This document shows positions 57,966 through 64,000 of a stretch of 64,000 nucleotides of DNA, in pieces. A program made the translations under genes and the position numbers. Location of the stretch: positions 1,203,696 to 1,267,695 of the forward strand of contig MU058540.1 of NCBI GenBank assembly GCA_013265495.1, written 5' to 3'. Under the pieces are notes generated by a model. The model was not told the DNA's origin, made no database searches, and was given only the letters and a program-made list of their open reading frames with translations. This DNA comes from Vicugna vicugna. Its lineage: Eukaryota. Within the stretch, counting starts at the first letter, position 1; each line of letters starts with the position of its first letter.

Positions 57966-60900
57966 AGACCAGAAGATGGATAGATAGATGAAGACAGAAT
58001 ATTCTTGCAGCCAGAGACAATATTCTACTGCTGGGTGGCATTGGGAAAGGGCCTGGTCATATCACAGAAAACTCTGACCTTGGGAAGGCTGCCCCTGAAA
58101 TGCTGGTACAGTTTTGCTCTGGGCCCAAAGGAGCGCTTAGTTGTCCCTAGGAATGGGTGGGCCTGAATGGATGGACCAGACTAAGCTGTACTGAACGTGG
58201 ACAGTGATTCTACCCACCTAGGCCTGGAGTAAGGAAACAAAAGGTGCCTCTGGAAGCTGGAAAGGTCCAAAAGGGAGCAAGGAGAGGACTCCCCATCTGC
58301 TCAGCGGGGGCTCACTTGGGCTAAGGTGCTAAGAGGCTGCTTGGGGTGGATGTCAGTGGTGGGTTCAAGGCAGGTTTGGTGGGCTCATGGGCAACTCTGG
58401 TGGGCTCCAGGGGAAGGAAGGGCCAATTAGGGGACTTCGGGTGACACACACCCCCTCAGCACCTTGATACATTCAGCCTGGTGTTGTGACAATAGCTCAG
58501 TATTTGACCCAAATATACATCCTAGCTCTGTCAGCTTCCAGCTTTGTGACTTTGGCTGAAATCTGTTGGACTCCTCTCTCCCCATCCCCACAGAACTCTC
58601 AGAGATGTTGTGAGGGGTGAGATAATGTTGTGAAAGTGCTCTGTAAACCTTGATGCCCTGTCCCGGGGCCTCACTGACCACCAACCACATGCCACATCAT
58701 TTTACCTCCCACAGCAACCCTTCCAGGTAGATATTACTGTCCTCATTTTTCAGGTGTAGAAACTGAGGCCCAAATGTATAAAATATCTTGCCCAAGGTCA
58801 TAGCTGGGATGTAGATTCAAATTCAAATCTGAAGTTTCCTCGATCATTTTGTGCCTGATAGGACCCTCTTACTACCTGCCTTGTCCCCTCAGGGTCAAGT
58901 CCCAGGTCCCCGGCATGGTCACTGGGTCCACTAGACCTCCTGGATCCTGCCCACAGCTCCCCGAGGCAAATCTCCTCTTCAATCCCCCTCTGGCCATTTC
59001 CCATGGCGTAAGATGTGCACCCTTCTGTTCCCCCCATCCAGACCCTACCCATCTGTTTTGGGTGATGCCTTCTCCATATCCACCCGCTCCAGAACTGCGG
59101 TCCAGCACACCACCCACGTTGGCTCATTGTGACTCCATCTTGGAATTTTTCTCCAACCTACTGAGATGACATATTCTCTTTGGCCACTGGGGCTTCTGAG
59201 CCTTGAGGCTAGGAACTGCCAGCGCAAGCAGTGTGTGCTGCGACAGGCCAGAGAAGGAGCCTAGCGAAGCCATCACTGCGTGAACATCTGGATGAACCAT
59301 TTATGTCCTTTTTCTGCTGTTCAGATGGAGATGAGTTGAGTTTCTTCTACTTTGACTGAAAGAATCCCCATCCTCTGAGCCCCATCTCAAGAGCCTTCTC
59401 CTCCAGAAAGCTTTCTCATGCCCCCTCCAGCCTTTGCAGATTTCACATGTGCCAATTCTTTGTGCTCTAATTGTTTCCCAGTGTTTATCTTTCCAAGATT
59501 CCAACTCCTTCAGGGCAGGGACCCTCGAGCAGCCAACAGCATCAGACTCAACACAGATTATGATTTCAGGAGCAGCTGGCTCTGGAGCATCCCTCCCCGT
59601 CACTAGCCCACCAGAGAGCGAAGATCGCTGGGTGGGAGGAAGGGCCCAGGGCTTGGCTGGGTGCTGCCATTTTCTAGCACCTCTAGGCCTCCCTCACCTC
59701 CTCCATGAAATGGAAATAATACTCGCCCTGCTTATCCTGCGGGGGGGCGGGGGGCTTGTGAATGGGTGAATTGCCAATTGACAAAGGAAATGGATGCACT
59801 TTGAAAAGGGCAGTGTTCAATTATTGGTCAGTCGGTCAGTCAAATTGCTGCCTTCCTAGCTTTCTTTCTGTCCCCATCTCCCAACACCCCCTCCTCCCTC
59901 TTGGGTCCCACCCTCCTAGGAGCCGTAGCCTGGGGGTTATGGCAAGGACAAAGCTGGGACCCATGTCAGCTGCCGAGAGACAGGGCCACCAGCTGATTCT
60001 TGCCCTCCCCCTGCCTGGTTGACGCTAGGCCCTGCCCTGCCCAGGCTCCAGCTCTGAGAAGGTGGGAACAGCTTGGGGAAGGGCTCCCTTGCTGAAGAGT
60101 CTGGGGCTGGTCACCCAGATGGGACCGTAGGGGCAAGGTGGGCAGGAAGCCTGGTCTGTGGGACCCAGAGACCACCCGGCCCTTGCGATCTAGAGGAAGC
60201 CCCTGAGACCAGAGAGGCTGGGGAACAGACTTAAGGACACACAACAGTTCAGGGTTCTGAGTCCAGACCCCAGTCGGGCTAAAGGAGGGGGTGCCTGTGC
60301 TATCCCACGATACAGTGCTCTGCACAGTCCAGCAGGCATTTACTGAGCGCCTACTCTGTGCCAGGCCATGTATGGATACTAGGGACAGAGTGGCTGGGCA
60401 GAGTCTGTCCTGGAGCAGTTCATGGCCTGGTGGCCTCAGAGGGCACAGACGAGACCTCCAGCATCTCCCAAGGCTAGCCATCATGAACACCTACTGTATG
60501 TACAACCCTCTCCATCCTAGTAAAAACCGACAGGTAGGAGATAACAAAGGTCTTCCCAACTTGGGGTCTGGTTCTACAGGCTCTGGGCTTCTTCACCAAT
60601 GCCATCTCCTCCTCCTTCCCAGACACCTTCCCCATGGGTGGCTGAGCAGATGGGCCAGTTTTCCTGTGTCCAAGGCCTAGCTATACCCCCTCCCCCATAC
60701 ACACACCCTCGCCTATAGCCTCACTCATCCCCCCACATTGCTGATTCACACCTGGGATGCCATCTGAGGAGGCCCCGCTTGACACCAGGGCCCCTATACA
60801 GTTCTCAGGGTCCCCAGAGTTTCCCTGTGAACTAAGCCAGGTCCAGCTCCTGCCAGAGATGGGCTCCAAGCCGCGAAAAAGTTGCAGATCTAACTGGGGG

Positions 60901-63900
60901 TCAGACAGGATATGCGCGGGCGCACACACACACACACACACAACATCCTCTCTACCACTCCAGGCCCCTGTAATGGTGGAGTAGGGTGGTGTCCCAAGAT
61001 ACAATCTCCACCCTGGCCTGATCTCTGCCATATGAATCCATTCACTTCACAGATACATGCTGATGGCCCACTGTGGGCCAGGCATGGTTCCTTGGGACAC
61101 AGCAGTGAACTTTGGTTGATTTACATTCTAGAGGAAAAAGACAGGAAAAGTAATAAATGAGTAAATTATATAGTACACTAGAAGGTGATGAGTGCTGTGA
61201 AAAATAGGATGTCAGGAGCTCTGGGTGGGGTGTGGGGAGCAGCATTAAATATGGTGGTCAGGGTAGATCCCCTTGAGAAGGTGGGATTTGAGCAAAAACA
61301 TGAAGGAGGTAAAGGTGTGTGCCCTGAGTTATCTGTGAACATTCCAGGTAGAAGCAAAGCTGGAGCAAAGGCCCTGAGGTGGCCTCGTGCCTGGCATGCT
61401 TGAGAAACATCGGGAGGAAGGTGTGGCTGGAGATGAGAGCAGGGAGTGGAGGGGGTGAGGGAGGCAGTATGGAGCCAGACAGCAAGGCCTGGAAGCGTTG
61501 GCCTCTCATTTCCTGGGTCTTCCTGCCAAGCCCCTCGCTTGTCTGGTGCTCACTGTGAGCCAGTTGCTCTACAGAGCTTAACTTATTTCACTGTCCTGAC
61601 AGCCCTTGGAGGTAGCACCCCTATCATTAGCGTCCCCATTTTAACCTAAGTGAGGAAACTGAGGCACAGGGAGGCGAGTAGCTTCCCTGGGGAGTCGTGG
61701 AGCCAGGATCTAAAGCCACGTCTGGCCCTTAGCCATGGCAAGGCCCCCTGCTCGGTGCGTCAGTCGCCCCTCCCGCCCCGGTGCACCAGGTGCACCCCTG
61801 GCCCGGCCCGTCGTGGGGGGTGGAGGTGGAGGGGCCGTGTCACTGCCCACACCCCAGCGCTGGCCGCTGCCTTTCCCCCATTAGTGCAGGGCCAGCAGGC
61901 CTTACAAAACCGCAGGCCCAGATAAGAGCACAATCGAACCTGTTTTGCTTGCAGGCCGGCTGGGGGGCTGGGCCACGGGGCGGTGGGAAGTAGGGGGAGG
62001 CAGCTGGCAGCACTCCGGCCCTGCTATCAGCAGCCCTGCCCACCCCCTTCCTTTCGAGCCCCTTTGAAATTTACCCACCTTATCAGGGGTGCGAACTTTC
62101 TGAGGGAGGGCAGGTAAGCCTTCATGTCCAGCCGCTGGAGGCTGCCTTCCGCCCGACTGGTCCCGCCCCAAGGAGACAATGAGCGGGGAACACGTGCTGG
62201 GAAGGAGGACCTGGCCCTCAGACACCCAAGGGGCCCCCCTCACACACACACAGACTCAGGCTGCCCTGTCACTGCCCAGTGGGTACCTCCCAGGCCGAGG
62301 CAAGGCCCTGCTCAGGCGCTGTCACCCTGCCCTCCACACCGTACCCTGCACCCAGCCTGCAGTGCCCACTCCCTCATCCCTCACACAGGCTTCTGTCAAC
62401 CCGCATGTCCTACTCAGTGCCAGCTAGGTGGGCACAGCCCCCTCCCCTCCTCACGTCCGAACTGCTTTCCCAAAGGCAGCCCAGGCCTATTACCCGCCAG
62501 CCCCCCAGCCACAGCCTCAGCAGGTGTTTACTGAGCACCTACTGCCCACCAGGCGCTGGGGCACAGTGGTGAAGGGGCAGACCAAGCTCAGTCCCCCACG
62601 GAGCTGGGAGAGACAGTAAATAAACACAAATAAATAGGATGAGAGGGTGCCACAAAGTGGTGACTGCTGCAGTACGGCAGGAATGAAGCAGGGATGTAGG
62701 AGAGGAAGTGTTGGGCTACTTAAAGTGTGTGTGTCAGGGCAGTGAGGGGTCAGGGAAAGCCTGCATGAGGTGGTATTTGAATTCAGACCTGAAGGATTCT
62801 AACTCTCTCCCTCTATGGGGTTAGAATCACAGACACAGAAGCGCAGACCAGGAGGAGGATAGAGACCAATCAGTCCTACAGGATCCCTTTTCACTGAGGC
62901 TCAGAGAGGGCAATGAAGTGCACAATGGCAGCCAAGCAGAGCAGGAGTTAGAGCCTCGCCAGGATCCTTCCCCACATTCCTGCTGCCCCCAGCCTGGGGC
63001 ACTGCCAGGGCCCTGGCAGGACCATCTGGCCATTATTGGACAGTCTAGGGGGTGGGCTGAGCCTGGGAGTGCAGTGCTTACAGCCATTTTACTCTGCCTT
63101 TTGTAGACAAGAGGCCTGCTGCATCCTGTTTGAGGCTGAAGATTGGGGCTCAGGTCCTGGTTGGATGACACTGTGGGCTGGAAGTTCTGTCCTCAGGGCA
63201 CCCTGCCCAGCGTTACAGTCCTCTGGCCCCCTTACCACCTCCCCATGTTCCCCATCTGCCCAGGGACGTCCAGGTCCACTAGTGGCCTGACCTTGAGGGC
63301 ATGTTCCTCCAGAAGCCCCTTTCTACCCCTCAACCCCCTCACTCCCAACACACACCTGTGCTCCTGTGGTGAAGGGTGAGTGGCCTGGAGGGGAGGAAGG
63401 GGCAGCCGCTGCAGCCATGGGCATGGTGCATGTGGAGTCACAGGGCCAGGTGGGAAGATCCAGGGGCCTGACTCGTGCCAGACAGGCTCTAAGAAGACAG
63501 ATGAGAAAACAGCTGCTGAGGGGGCTCAAGCTAGAGGGCTGCTGGGTGGGCCAGCCCCTTCGGGCTCTGGGGTTGTGAGAGATGGTGTCCAGAGGTCCTC
63601 AGGGCACTGTTTCTACTGAGCTGGAGAAGCCCGAGGCATCTGAGCTGCTGGCGAGGAGCACTGAGTCTAGAAACTAAGTTCAAATCCCAGCTCTGCCATG
63701 TGACCTTAGGTTAAATCACTTCCTTCTCAGCCTCAGTTTCTCTTCTCAGTAGAAGAGGAGCAAGGATTCCTTCTTCAAAGGGATGTTGCAAGGAGCAAAT
63801 GAGAGAAAGTGCAAGTGCCTGGCACACAGCCAGGCCCTGTTGACAGCGGAAGGTTCTCTGCCCTTTGGGGACCTGTCTCTCTCATCTAGATTTTGGCCAG

Positions 63901-64000
63901 AGTTTCGGGAACACTAAGCACATGCCAACACTTTAGAAGACTTTTTTTTTTTTAAAGGACCCTTGTTAATTGGATTAACCATAATCCGGGGTTTATGACC

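Overview
Mammalian genomic DNA, most likely a camelid, inferred from two tRNA-derived vic-1-type SINEs with intact target-site duplications. The window holds two intact, convergently transcribed genes. PACSIN1 (syndapin I; F-BAR, two NPF motifs, SH3) lies on + with 9 coding exons at 28086-33743 (1335 nt, 444 aa) and a 3'UTR to about 36390. SPDEF (PNT/SAM plus ETS transcription factor) lies on - with 5 coding exons at 45899-39529 (1008 nt, 335 aa), a non-coding first exon at about 56077-55679 and a TATA/FOX promoter. All coding introns are GT-AG and the reading phases join. Bases 1-28000 are probably PACSIN1 5' intron or upstream sequence, rich in L1, L2, MIR, MER and MaLR remnants, with a candidate alternative promoter near 19.0-19.3 kb. 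I found no evidence of a new gene or a previously undescribed multi-component system, and the remaining ORF-track entries look like noise from GC-rich DNA. The most worthwhile leads are regulatory or splicing features and nested retro-insertions. Repeat family names and human comparisons are from memory, not from a database search.
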